A stretch of DNA of 52,804 nucleotides from Actinomycetes bacterium (GTDB taxonomy: Bacteria > Actinomycetota > Acidimicrobiia > Acidimicrobiales > JAJZJN01). Position numbers and translations under genes: made by a program. Location: contig JAJZJN010000001.1 of the NCBI GenBank assembly GCA_021851165.1, positions 1 to 52,804 of the forward strand, in the 5' to 3' direction. Positions 27,717-35,722 of this stretch are shown piece after piece (positions within the stretch are counted from its first letter, which is position 1; every line of letters starts with the position of its first letter). The notes beneath the pieces are model-generated. The model saw only the letters and a program-made list of their open reading frames with translations. It ran no database searches and was not told the DNA's origin.

Positions 27717-30209
27717 ATGGATCCAGTTGCCGATGGCGTCTCGGCACCCCTAAGCGACTCTGAAGATACCCGAGCCACCACGATCGAGGGGCTCACTACT
27801 GCCCAGGCGCGCGAGCGCCTCGCACACGACGGGCCCAATTCCATTCCGGAGAAGCACCCGAACCAGATGCTTCTCCTGGCATCGAAGTTCTGGGGTCCCA
27901 TTCCGTGGCTGCTCGAGGCGGCAATCGTGATGGAACTGGTCCTCGGCAACACGGCTGCCGCTGTGGTCATCGCCATACTCGTCATCCTCGATGCCGGCCT
28001 CGCTTTCAACGAGGAGGGCGGCGCCCAGAATGCGCTCGCCCTGCTGCGTCAGCGCCTCACCGTGGAAGCGCGAGTGCTGCGTGACGGCACCTGGTCGGTG
28101 CTCCCGGCAGCCGAACTGGTGAGAGGCGACGTGATACACATGCGCCAGGGCGACTTGATCCCCGCGGACGTGACCCTGGTGGACGGCACCTGTTCGGTCG
28201 ACCAATCGGCGCTCACCGGTGAGTCGGCCGCTATCAAGCTTGCCCCCGGTAGCCAGGGATATTCGGGATCGATAGTCGTGCGTGGCGAAGCCAGTGGCAC
28301 GGTCACCGCCACTGGTATCTCGACCTTCTTCGGGCGTACCGCCGAACTCGTCAGCACGGCCCATGCCCCTGGGCACTTGGAGCGCCTCATCTTCGGATTC
28401 GTCCGGGACCTGTTGGTAGTCGATGCAGCCCTAGTGGTCATGGTCCTGGCAGATGGCGCCGCCCGCGGGATGTCGTGGGGATCGTTGTTGCCCTTTGCCG
28501 TGATCCTGGTAGTGGCTGCAGTACCTATAGCCCTTCCCACCACGTTCACCTTGGCAAGCGCCCTGGGTTCCAAGGAACTGGCCCGCCGTGGGGTGCTAGT
28601 GACCCGGCTCGCGGCGATCGAGGAGGCCGCGAGTGTCGAGGTCCTCTGCACGGACAAGACGGGCACCATCACAGAGAACCGCCTTGCCGTATCCGACCTC
28701 CATGCCTACCCCCCCTTCGACGACAGCCAGCTCCTAGCTGTCGCGGCCGCGGCGAGCGACGCCGCTACGCAGGATCCCCTCGACATCGCAGTCATCACGG
28801 CTGCTGGCGCTGGGAGCGACACCACTCTCGGCACCCGGGTGAGCTTCGTGCCGTTCGATCCGGCCACGAAGCGCTGCGAAGCCCGTTTCGACACGCCAGA
28901 AGGCCCCGTGGTCGTGACGAAGGGCGCACCCCAGGTCATCGCCGCTCTTGCCGGCGTGGACCCGGATCGGATTGCCGACGACATCGACACCCTGGCATCC
29001 ACAGGTGCCCGAGTGCTTGGCGTAGCACGTGGAGCCGATCCGTCGTCGCTGACCCTGATGGGGCTCGTCGGCCTCGCTGATCCACCACGCGCCGACTCGG
29101 CAATGCTCATAGCGCACCTCAAGTCTCTGGGCGTCCGGGTGGCGATGGTAACCGGCGACAGTCTCGCTACTGCCAAGGCCATAGCCGCCAAGGTCGGCCT
29201 GGGCGACCGCGCCTGCAAGTCCGATGTCCTGCGCGCCGCCACAGGCGATCCCACCCCGGATGCGGCTACCTCGGAAGCTGCTGCAGACGCCCCGGGCCGC
29301 AACCCGGATCTACCCGGCGACCAGCCACCGCATAGAGACGCCGGCGGATCTACAGGGATGGAGGGCCTGCTATGCGACGTCTACGCAGAGGTCCTCCCCG
29401 AGGACAAGCTGAGGCTGGTCGAGAAGCTGCAGAACAGCGGCATAGCGGTGGCGATGACCGGGGATGGCGTGAACGATGCCCCTGCCCTGCGCAAGGCGGA
29501 GGTAGGAGTAGCCGTTGCCAGCGCGACAGACGTGGCCAAGGCAGCGGCAAGCATGGTGCTCACCGACCCTGGCCTGGACAATCTCGTAGCCGGCATCGAG
29601 GTGAGCCGCCGCATCCACGAGCGCCTGCTCACCTACACCCTGAACAAGATCGTGAAGACACTTCAGGTCTCGCTCTTCCTGAGCATCGGGCTGCTCGTCA
29701 CGGGGAAGTTCGTCACCACTCCGGTGCTCGTGGTGCTGCTGCTGCTAGCCAACAACTTCGCCACGATGTCTCTGGCCACCGATCGCGTCTCAACGCCCCC
29801 GCGCCCCGAACGCTGGTCGGTAAGGGCACTCATGATCGCATCTCTGGGGCTCTCGATACCCCTGGTACTTTTCTCGTTCGGGATCTGGTATGCAGGGTCG
29901 CTCGGTCTCGGACTTGGCACCGGTGCTCTGCAGACACTCACTTTCGTGTGGCTGGTCACCTCTGCGCAGGCAACCATCTACTCAGTACGCGAGCGCCGCC
30001 ACTTCTGGAGCTCCAGGCCGAGCGGGTGGCTGGCTGCAAGCTCGGCGCTCGACATACTCGTCGTCGCGATCCTCGCGTGGAGAGGCTGGCTCATGGTTGC
30101 CATCGGCCCGCTGGCGCTGGGAATCGGGATAGGGAGCGCGGTCGCCTTCCTCCTGGTAGCCGATGCGCTCAAGACGTTCCTGTTCAGGATTGCCCAGCTG
30201 CAGAGCTGA
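27717..30209 (+). CDS. P3A-type (plasma-membrane H+-ATPase-like) P-type ATPase
   Basis: N-terminus GLTTAQARERLAHDGPNSIPEKHPNQMLLLASKFWGPIPWLLEAAIVM and DQSALTGES...GISTFFGRTAELV closely mirror plant/fungal H+-ATPases. CTDKTGTITEN, MVTGD and MTGDGVNDAPALRKAEVGVAV are present. A ~50-aa Pro/Ala-rich insertion precedes the hinge. Confidence 0.9.
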   Translation: MDPVADGVSAPLSDSEDTRATTIEGLTTAQARERLAHDGPNSIPEKHPNQMLLLASKFWGPIPWLLEAAIVMELVLGNTAAAVVIAILVILDAGLAFNEEGGAQNALALLRQRLTVEARVLRDGTWSVLPAAELVRGDVIHMRQGDLIPADVTLVDGTCSVDQSALTGESAAIKLAPGSQGYSGSIVVRGEASGTVTATGISTFFGRTAELVSTAHAPGHLERLIFGFVRDLLVVDAALVVMVLADGAARGMSWGSLLPFAVILVVAAVPIALPTTFTLASALGSKELARRGVLVTRLAAIEEAASVEVLCTDKTGTITENRLAVSDLHAYPPFDDSQLLAVAAAASDAATQDPLDIAVITAAGAGSDTTLGTRVSFVPFDPATKRCEARFDTPEGPVVVTKGAPQVIAALAGVDPDRIADDIDTLASTGARVLGVARGADPSSLTLMGLVGLADPPRADSAMLIAHLKSLGVRVAMVTGDSLATAKAIAAKVGLGDRACKSDVLRAATGDPTPDAATSEAAADAPGRNPDLPGDQPPHRDAGGSTGMEGLLCDVYAEVLPEDKLRLVEKLQNSGIAVAMTGDGVNDAPALRKAEVGVAVASATDVAKAAASMVLTDPGLDNLVAGIEVSRRIHERLLTYTLNKIVKTLQVSLFLSIGLLVTGKFVTTPVLVVLLLLANNFATMSLATDRVSTPPRPERWSVRALMIASLGLSIPLVLFSFGIWYAGSLGLGLGTGALQTLTFVWLVTSAQATIYSVRERRHFWSSRPSGWLAASSALDILVVAILAWRGWLMVAIGPLALGIGIGSAVAFLLVADALKTFLFRIAQLQS

Positions 30210-30690
30210 GCTCGCGCACCACCACCACCGGGCAGTGTGCATGGGACGCGCACTGCTGGCTGACCGAACCGAGCAATAAGCCCTTGAAACCGCCACGGCC
30301 ACGTGACCCGACGACTAGCAGGCCTGCATCCTTCGACAGCTCGACCAACACCGATGCAGCACTGCCCTCGAGAGCCGTGGTGTACACCTCCGTACCAGGT
30401 GCGGCAGCCCTCGCTTCGGCAGCGGCCTGGTCGACAAGGCTCCGAGCCTGCTCCGCGAGCTCTATGGCCGGGTCCGGCGATACGGGGGGCATCTCGCCCC
30501 AGTCGTACTCCGGGAGGTACCAGGTGCTCACCACCTCCAGATCGACACCGCGATAGCGCACCTCGTCTATGGCCCAGGCCAGCGCAAGGGCGGCTTGTGG
30601 GGATCCGTCGATCCCCACTACCACTCGCTGGCGCGAACCATGAGCCGCGGTGGACGATCCTCCCTCGTCCTGCGGGGACGGCGCCGACAT
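30184..30690 (-). CDS. Universal stress protein (UspA family)
   Basis: VVVGIDGSPQAALALAWA and LLVVGSRGRGGFKGLLLGSVSQQCASHAHCPVVVV (ATP-binding G-2x-G-9x-G-S/T motif). AAGGAGG lies 6 nt upstream of the ATG at 30688-30690. Confidence 0.9.
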   Translation of the reverse strand: MSAPSPQDEGGSSTAAHGSRQRVVVGIDGSPQAALALAWAIDEVRYRGVDLEVVSTWYLPEYDWGEMPPVSPDPAIELAEQARSLVDQAAAEARAAAPGTEVYTTALEGSAASVLVELSKDAGLLVVGSRGRGGFKGLLLGSVSQQCASHAHCPVVVVRELSSAAGQS

Positions 30691-30807
30691 ATGCATCCTC
30701 CTTGGTGGGTTACTTCGATCATGATTCCACACTGCGAGGACCCGGTGGGACCCGTGGCATCACCAGCGGGCTCCTGCAGGGCGCCGGCGGTCCTCCTCTC
30801 TCAAGCC

Positions 30808-33800
30808 CTACAGGCCAGGCGCACGCTCGCGCTCTACCAGCTCGCTCGGGGACAGGCGCTCTATGACATAGGCCCCGATGCGCGGCAGTGCGACTGTAGC
30901 CACAGTCGCAGCTGCCGACGCTCCACCGGCCATGGCCCATCCAACGGGCCCAAGGGGGGTGCAGCCAAAGAACTGGCTCACGATCGGGGTCTGAACCACC
31001 CCTACGAGGACGAGACCCGACGCGACGGTCGAGCCGAGCACCAAGGGGCTGCGGTACCCCACGACTGCCGTCTGGCCCAGTTGAGTTCCCACCAGGGCAG
31101 CCAGTGCGACAGTGCTGGCCCGGCGCTGCCTGCCGGTCAGCCTCGCCATCAACCACGCACTGGTGGCTCCTCCGGCCGTGGCCACTGCCCGAAGGGCCAC
31201 CTGACGCCCGAGGGCAGTCCCGAGCGATGCGTCGGGACCTTCGTGAATGAGCGACTCTGCGTCGCGTCCCGCGGGGGGCTGGAGCGCGATCGTGATGGCA
31301 GGAAGCATGTCGGTCAGCAGGTTCACGAGGAGGAACTGCCGGGGGCCGAGGGCAGCGGTGCCCGATATCACCGCTGTGGCCACACTGAAGCCGACCTCGC
31401 CGAGATTGCCACCGACGAGGATCGCGAGTGCGTCGCGCACCGAAGCCCACATGGCTCTGCCTTCTACTATGGCATCGACGATCGTCTCTATGCGATCGTC
31501 AGTCACCACGAGGTCCGCTGCCTCCCTAGCCGCAGGGGAGCCCCTACCGCCAAGGGCGATTCCGGCGTTTGCCAGCCTGATTGCCGCTGCGTCGTTGGCG
31601 CCGTCCCCCGTCATGGCAACGACCCTCCCTGCGCTCTGCAGGGATGCGACGATCCGAACCTTGTGAGCGGGGGTGACCCTCGCGAACACCGAGACACCGT
31701 GGATCGCCTCGTCGAGCTCCTCGGCGCTCATCGCATCGAGCTCCAGGCCGGTCAAGATCCGCCTGGAACCGAAGATCCCGAGCTCGCTTGCCACCGCCGC
31801 CGCTGTGCTCGGATGATCTCCGGTTATCATGACCACATCGACGCCGGCCCGACGGATCTCCGCCACCGCAGCGGCCGCCGTCGGCCGAACGTGGTCCGCC
31901 ATTCCGAGGAAGCCGAGCAGCTCAAGATCGGACACCCTCTGCTCGCCGAGCTCGCCGCCCCCGGAGGCGCCTCTCTGGGCCACCGCGAGCACGCGCAGGC
32001 CCCTGCTGGCCATCCGCTCGACCTCGGCGTCCAATCTCCTCCGAACCCTCGCTGTGATAGGCACGGTTCCGTCGGGCGACGCCCATGTGGCGCAGCGCGG
32101 CAAGATAACTTCGGGTGCCCCCTTCGCTGCTATGACCGTGCGGGCCCCGGCCCTTCCCACCACTGCATGAAATCCTCTGCTCGGCTCGAAGGCCAGCTCG
32201 TCGATGAGCTCCCAGCTCTCCTCATCCAGGCCAGCCCCGATACCAGCCTGGATCGCTCCTTGCACTACAGCCCTGTCGGTGGCGTGCGGCAGGATCTCCT
32301 CGCCATCAGCCACCGGGCTTGCCCGCAGAGCTGCAGCGAGCACCTGCCGTCCCGCAGGGGCGGGTGCCTCGATCGGGTAATCCGTTGAGCCGTCGGAAAC
32401 TCGTATCAACGCGATCTCACCGGCTGTGAGAGTGCCGGTCTTGTCGAAGCACAGAACGTCGACACGACCCAGAGCCTCGATCGTATGGGGGTTCCTCACC
32501 AACGCTCCGCGCTCGGACAACCGGCGTGCCGCAGCAAGCTGCGCAGCACTGGCAAGCAGCGGAAGCCCTTCTGGAACCGCCGCCACCATCAGGCTCACGC
32601 CCGAGCCGACCGCACGACGAAGAGGAACACCGCGCAACAGGCCAAGTCCGGTGACTACGGCGCCACTGGCCACCGTCGCCGGCACCGTGAGGGTGCTCAA
32701 ACGGGCGAGGCGTGCTTCGACGCCGCTGCGAGGTGCCTCGGGCGCCTCGGCCAGCCCGCGCCTGGACTCCGTGGCGTCCCCGGTAGCAACAACCACGCCA
32801 AGAGCGCTCCCGGCAACCACGGTCGTCCCCTCGTAGAGCATGCACGACCGATCGGCCACGGCCATGCCCGGAGTGGCCATCGCGTGCTTGAGCACCGGCA
32901 GTGACTCGCCAGTGAGCGCCGACTCGTCGACCTCGCACGAGGATGCCTCGAGGATACGGCAGTCAGCGGGAACCTGATCCCCACTACCCAACTCAACCAC
33001 GTCCCCACGCACCAGCCCATCGTGGCCGATCTCTACGGTCTTACCAGAACGGAGAACTCCCACAGATCCTGCGCTTGCCGTCGCCAGCCGAGCTATCGAC
33101 ACCTCGGCACGCATACGCTGAACCGCGCCTATCGCAGCGTTCGCCCCCGCGACACCGGCCACCAGCACCGCATCCGTCACCGAGCCCACGGCAGCCGAGA
33201 GGCCGGCGCCGACCCCGAGCAGTGGGGTGAGAGGATTCGACAGCTCTTCGACCAGGGCCCTCGCTGCCTTCGCTGCCAGGGGCCGCGGAGGCAACCGGGG
33301 CGTCTCGCGGCGGCGAGCCTCGGCAGTGTCGAGGCCGTCCCGGGAGCTCCTGAGGGCCGCGATGACCGCCTCTGGGCTCATGGCGTGCCAAGGCGGTGGA
33401 GTATCCGGTATCGGCACCCGCCGCCGCGCCACGATGGAAGCCGAGTAAACCGAGCTCGCCTGAGCAGCCAATGCGGCAACGTTGACCGGCAGAGCAGCCC
33501 GCCTTCCTGCTGTGCTCGGAAGCCCAACCAGGGCCCATACCCCGCCGATACCCGATCCTGCCAGGGACAGCATCGCCGCTCGGCGACTGACTTGACGGGC
33601 GGCCCTGGCCGCCTCTACGACGAGGAAGGCGGGCTCCAGGTCCTTCCCGGCAAGCAGATGCGCGCCCCAGGGGGGATCGTGGGCAAGGCCGGTGAGGCCG
33701 AAGCCGCAGTCTGCCGCTCGCAGTGCCCCCCGTGCCTCGCCGCCGGAAACGAGCAGAACCACATGCCCGGCAGATTGCAGCGATCGCACCGACTGCCTCA

Positions 33801-35364
33801 GGCGCCTGCCCGCCGCCACCACTCCCTTCGCCCCCAACTGCTCCCCGACCGCTCCGCGGGTACCGGCAACGAGCAGATCGAACCCGGCGCGCCTGATGCT
33901 GTCCCCCAGTGCCGTCGCAAGGGGCACCAGCTCGGCCTCCAGAGCAGCCAAGCCGACAAGGCGCTTGGAGGTCGCCAAGCCAAGCACGCCCGAGCCCCGG
34001 CGTGCCAGCGTCCGAACCCTCCCAAGGGTGCCACGCGGCATCTCGATGCCCATGGCCTCCAGATCTCCCAGGGGAGCCAGCATCCATCTTCCGCTGCGAA
34101 CCTTGCCCATGGGCTTGTCCGCATCGAACATCGAGTCGAGGCGGCTGGCCACCTCCAGTGGATCCCCACCCCCGATGGCCTCGAAGTGCCCTAGCCGTCT
34201 CCGCCCCGTCGTCAGCACCGCTGCGTCGAGCACGACGGTGTCGACCCTGTCGAGCCTGAGCAGCGCAGTGCGATCCATCACAAGCACGCCACGCCCCGAC
34301 AACGCTCTACCCAGTTCGGCTGAAAAGGCTTCCCTCCCGAGACGCGCTGCCTTGGGCACGCCGGCCACGAATGCGTTACCCGCCTTGCGCGGGCTGCGGG
34401 TCGCGGCAAGCGCCACGCCGAAGGCACCGAAGGTCGCCAATGACGCCCTGTCGGTGTAGCGCTCCACAGGGCCTGGCGGCAAGCTCGCCGGGCGGGGCTC
34501 CCGGCTGATCGGATCAATCGATCCGGTGTGACGCCCGCACAGCTCGGGCTCACGCTTGGACCAGAGGACCTGGTACGACCGTAGCTCGCCTATCCGGTTG
34601 GCTCTATGGGCCATGTCGACTGCCAGGCCCAGAGGTCCCTGTGAAAGGGCCTGTGTCAACGCGTTTGCAAGACCAAGGCCCAGATCGGTCGCGGCATGGC
34701 CGATGTGGGCATCGAGCAACCGCCGTACCCTTGGTTCGCTCTCAGCCAACGCCACCAGGGACGCTATCTCGCTCGGGAGCGGTGTCGCCCCAAGGATCTG
34801 ACCGAACACGCTCACACCGAGACCGGCTACGTCTGCCCCCAACGCGATCGCATTGCGCCGCAACGGCTCGATGTCCCCCGGGTGCTCCGGCCGGTCGTGG
34901 GAGAAACGCTCCTGATGAAGCCCATGGGCCTCCTCGACGCCCTCGACGACCTCCACCAGGTCATCGAGATCCGCGCTACCTGGATCAAAGGCGACCACCA
35001 CCCGGCCTGTGACCGCGTTCACCTCCGCCCACTGAACGCCTTCGACTCTCGACAGGGCGCCTTCAACATGCCTCGTGAACGCGTCAAGCCCCTGCCTGCG
35101 CGCTGCGCGCACCTCTATATGGGCACGGCCATTGCCAACCCATGACCGGCGGTGCCGCCGGCCACTGAAGATCCCGTCGAGCAACCTGGCGAGCTCCGTG
35201 TATCCCGGAATACCGGTCACCATGAACTGCTGGGGGCGCAACCAGCTGCCAGCGGGATCACCCTCCGGCAGTTTGCCCGCTCGCCGCCTTGGCGTCACGA
35301 CGGCCTGTCCGATGACGGGCGACCACCACACCGGCACCGATGAGGGCAGCTGCAGGAAGCTCAA
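30808..35364 (-). CDS. Giant (1518 aa) cation P-type ATPase, CtpH/CtpI-like: degenerate P1B-like N-terminal module plus an intact P2-like pump
   Basis: The C-terminal ~860 aa carry TGES (ALTGESLPV), CFDKTGTLTAGE, AKGAPE, MITGD and MTGDGANDAAAIRLANAGIALG. The N-terminal ~650 aa carry an HMA-like fold without CxxC and mutated copies of the P-domain motifs (see findings). Third-position G/C is high right up to the TTG at 35364. Confidence 0.9.
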   Translation of the reverse strand: MSFLQLPSSVPVWWSPVIGQAVVTPRRRAGKLPEGDPAGSWLRPQQFMVTGIPGYTELARLLDGIFSGRRHRRSWVGNGRAHIEVRAARRQGLDAFTRHVEGALSRVEGVQWAEVNAVTGRVVVAFDPGSADLDDLVEVVEGVEEAHGLHQERFSHDRPEHPGDIEPLRRNAIALGADVAGLGVSVFGQILGATPLPSEIASLVALAESEPRVRRLLDAHIGHAATDLGLGLANALTQALSQGPLGLAVDMAHRANRIGELRSYQVLWSKREPELCGRHTGSIDPISREPRPASLPPGPVERYTDRASLATFGAFGVALAATRSPRKAGNAFVAGVPKAARLGREAFSAELGRALSGRGVLVMDRTALLRLDRVDTVVLDAAVLTTGRRRLGHFEAIGGGDPLEVASRLDSMFDADKPMGKVRSGRWMLAPLGDLEAMGIEMPRGTLGRVRTLARRGSGVLGLATSKRLVGLAALEAELVPLATALGDSIRRAGFDLLVAGTRGAVGEQLGAKGVVAAGRRLRQSVRSLQSAGHVVLLVSGGEARGALRAADCGFGLTGLAHDPPWGAHLLAGKDLEPAFLVVEAARAARQVSRRAAMLSLAGSGIGGVWALVGLPSTAGRRAALPVNVAALAAQASSVYSASIVARRRVPIPDTPPPWHAMSPEAVIAALRSSRDGLDTAEARRRETPRLPPRPLAAKAARALVEELSNPLTPLLGVGAGLSAAVGSVTDAVLVAGVAGANAAIGAVQRMRAEVSIARLATASAGSVGVLRSGKTVEIGHDGLVRGDVVELGSGDQVPADCRILEASSCEVDESALTGESLPVLKHAMATPGMAVADRSCMLYEGTTVVAGSALGVVVATGDATESRRGLAEAPEAPRSGVEARLARLSTLTVPATVASGAVVTGLGLLRGVPLRRAVGSGVSLMVAAVPEGLPLLASAAQLAAARRLSERGALVRNPHTIEALGRVDVLCFDKTGTLTAGEIALIRVSDGSTDYPIEAPAPAGRQVLAAALRASPVADGEEILPHATDRAVVQGAIQAGIGAGLDEESWELIDELAFEPSRGFHAVVGRAGARTVIAAKGAPEVILPRCATWASPDGTVPITARVRRRLDAEVERMASRGLRVLAVAQRGASGGGELGEQRVSDLELLGFLGMADHVRPTAAAAVAEIRRAGVDVVMITGDHPSTAAAVASELGIFGSRRILTGLELDAMSAEELDEAIHGVSVFARVTPAHKVRIVASLQSAGRVVAMTGDGANDAAAIRLANAGIALGGRGSPAAREAADLVVTDDRIETIVDAIVEGRAMWASVRDALAILVGGNLGEVGFSVATAVISGTAALGPRQFLLVNLLTDMLPAITIALQPPAGRDAESLIHEGPDASLGTALGRQVALRAVATAGGATSAWLMARLTGRQRRASTVALAALVGTQLGQTAVVGYRSPLVLGSTVASGLVLVGVVQTPIVSQFFGCTPLGPVGWAMAGGASAAATVATVALPRIGAYVIERLSPSELVERERAPGL

Positions 35365-35650
35365 CAGCGCCTGCGATCACAGTGGCCGCCAGCGCCCCCA
35401 CAAAGGCCAGACCGACAACCGGCTCGGGCACACGCGCATGGACAAGCGGCAGCACATAGCCAGAGCACTGTGATGCTGCACCGCCGCCAGGAGTTTCACC
35501 ATCACCCTTCACTGTCCTGTTAGCCACCATCTATTACGGATGCCTCCGATCATGAAGTCAGCACCCGAAGGGACTCCGCGCGCCGCATTCACACATGCTA
35601 ATGGCACGCGGCCTAGCCTGCTGCTCATGGAACCTGCACGTTCGGGGTCA

Positions 35651-35722
35651 GGGACTGGCCCAGAGCGCGGGACTGGCCCAGAGCCCGGGACTGGCCCAGA
35701 GCCCGGGACTGGCCCAGAGCCC
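35651..35722. repeat. 18-bp tandem repeat GGGACTGGCCCAGAGC(G/C)C x4
   Basis: Units at 35651, 35669, 35687 and 35705. Each contains the palindrome CTGG-C-CCAG. They are probably intergenic (see chrA start) but would read (GTGPEP)n in the long ORF. Confidence 0.9.

Noticed and set aside
30691-30807. DosR-type boxes upstream of the USP genes (this region and 40897-41132).
   Set aside because: Only partial strings were found: GGACCCGGTGG/GACCCGTGG direct repeats at 30738-30757, and GTGGCACCAC at about 40984-40993. There is no GGGAC-N4-GTCCC palindrome, so this is insufficient to call.
30595-34194. ORFs 30595-32388 (597 aa, +), 33022-34194 (390 aa, +), 33041-34087 (348 aa, -) and 30719-31450 (243 aa, -) within the giant ATPase locus.
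   Set aside because: They are antisense or alternate frames of a gene with complete P-type ATPase motifs. Their composition is typical of GC-artefact ORFs.
35258-35530. 90-aa minus-strand ORF upstream of the giant ATPase, with a plausible TM hairpin (VVGLAFVGALAATVIAGAVELPAAALIGAGVVVA). It is reminiscent of the small ORFs found upstream of some P-type ATPase genes.
   Set aside because: It overlaps the ATPase ORF by 107 nt. In the overlap the ATPase frame has much higher third-position G/C (about 80 percent versus about 59 percent by my count). Its own upstream part is also only about 58 percent. I kept it as a possibility but did not call it as a gene.
35540-35722. ORF-track N-terminal extension of chrA through the 18-bp repeats.
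   Set aside because: Third-position G/C is low before the repeats, and the CHR domain begins immediately after the GTG at 35723. It is treated as probably non-coding, and the uncertainty is flagged in the findings.
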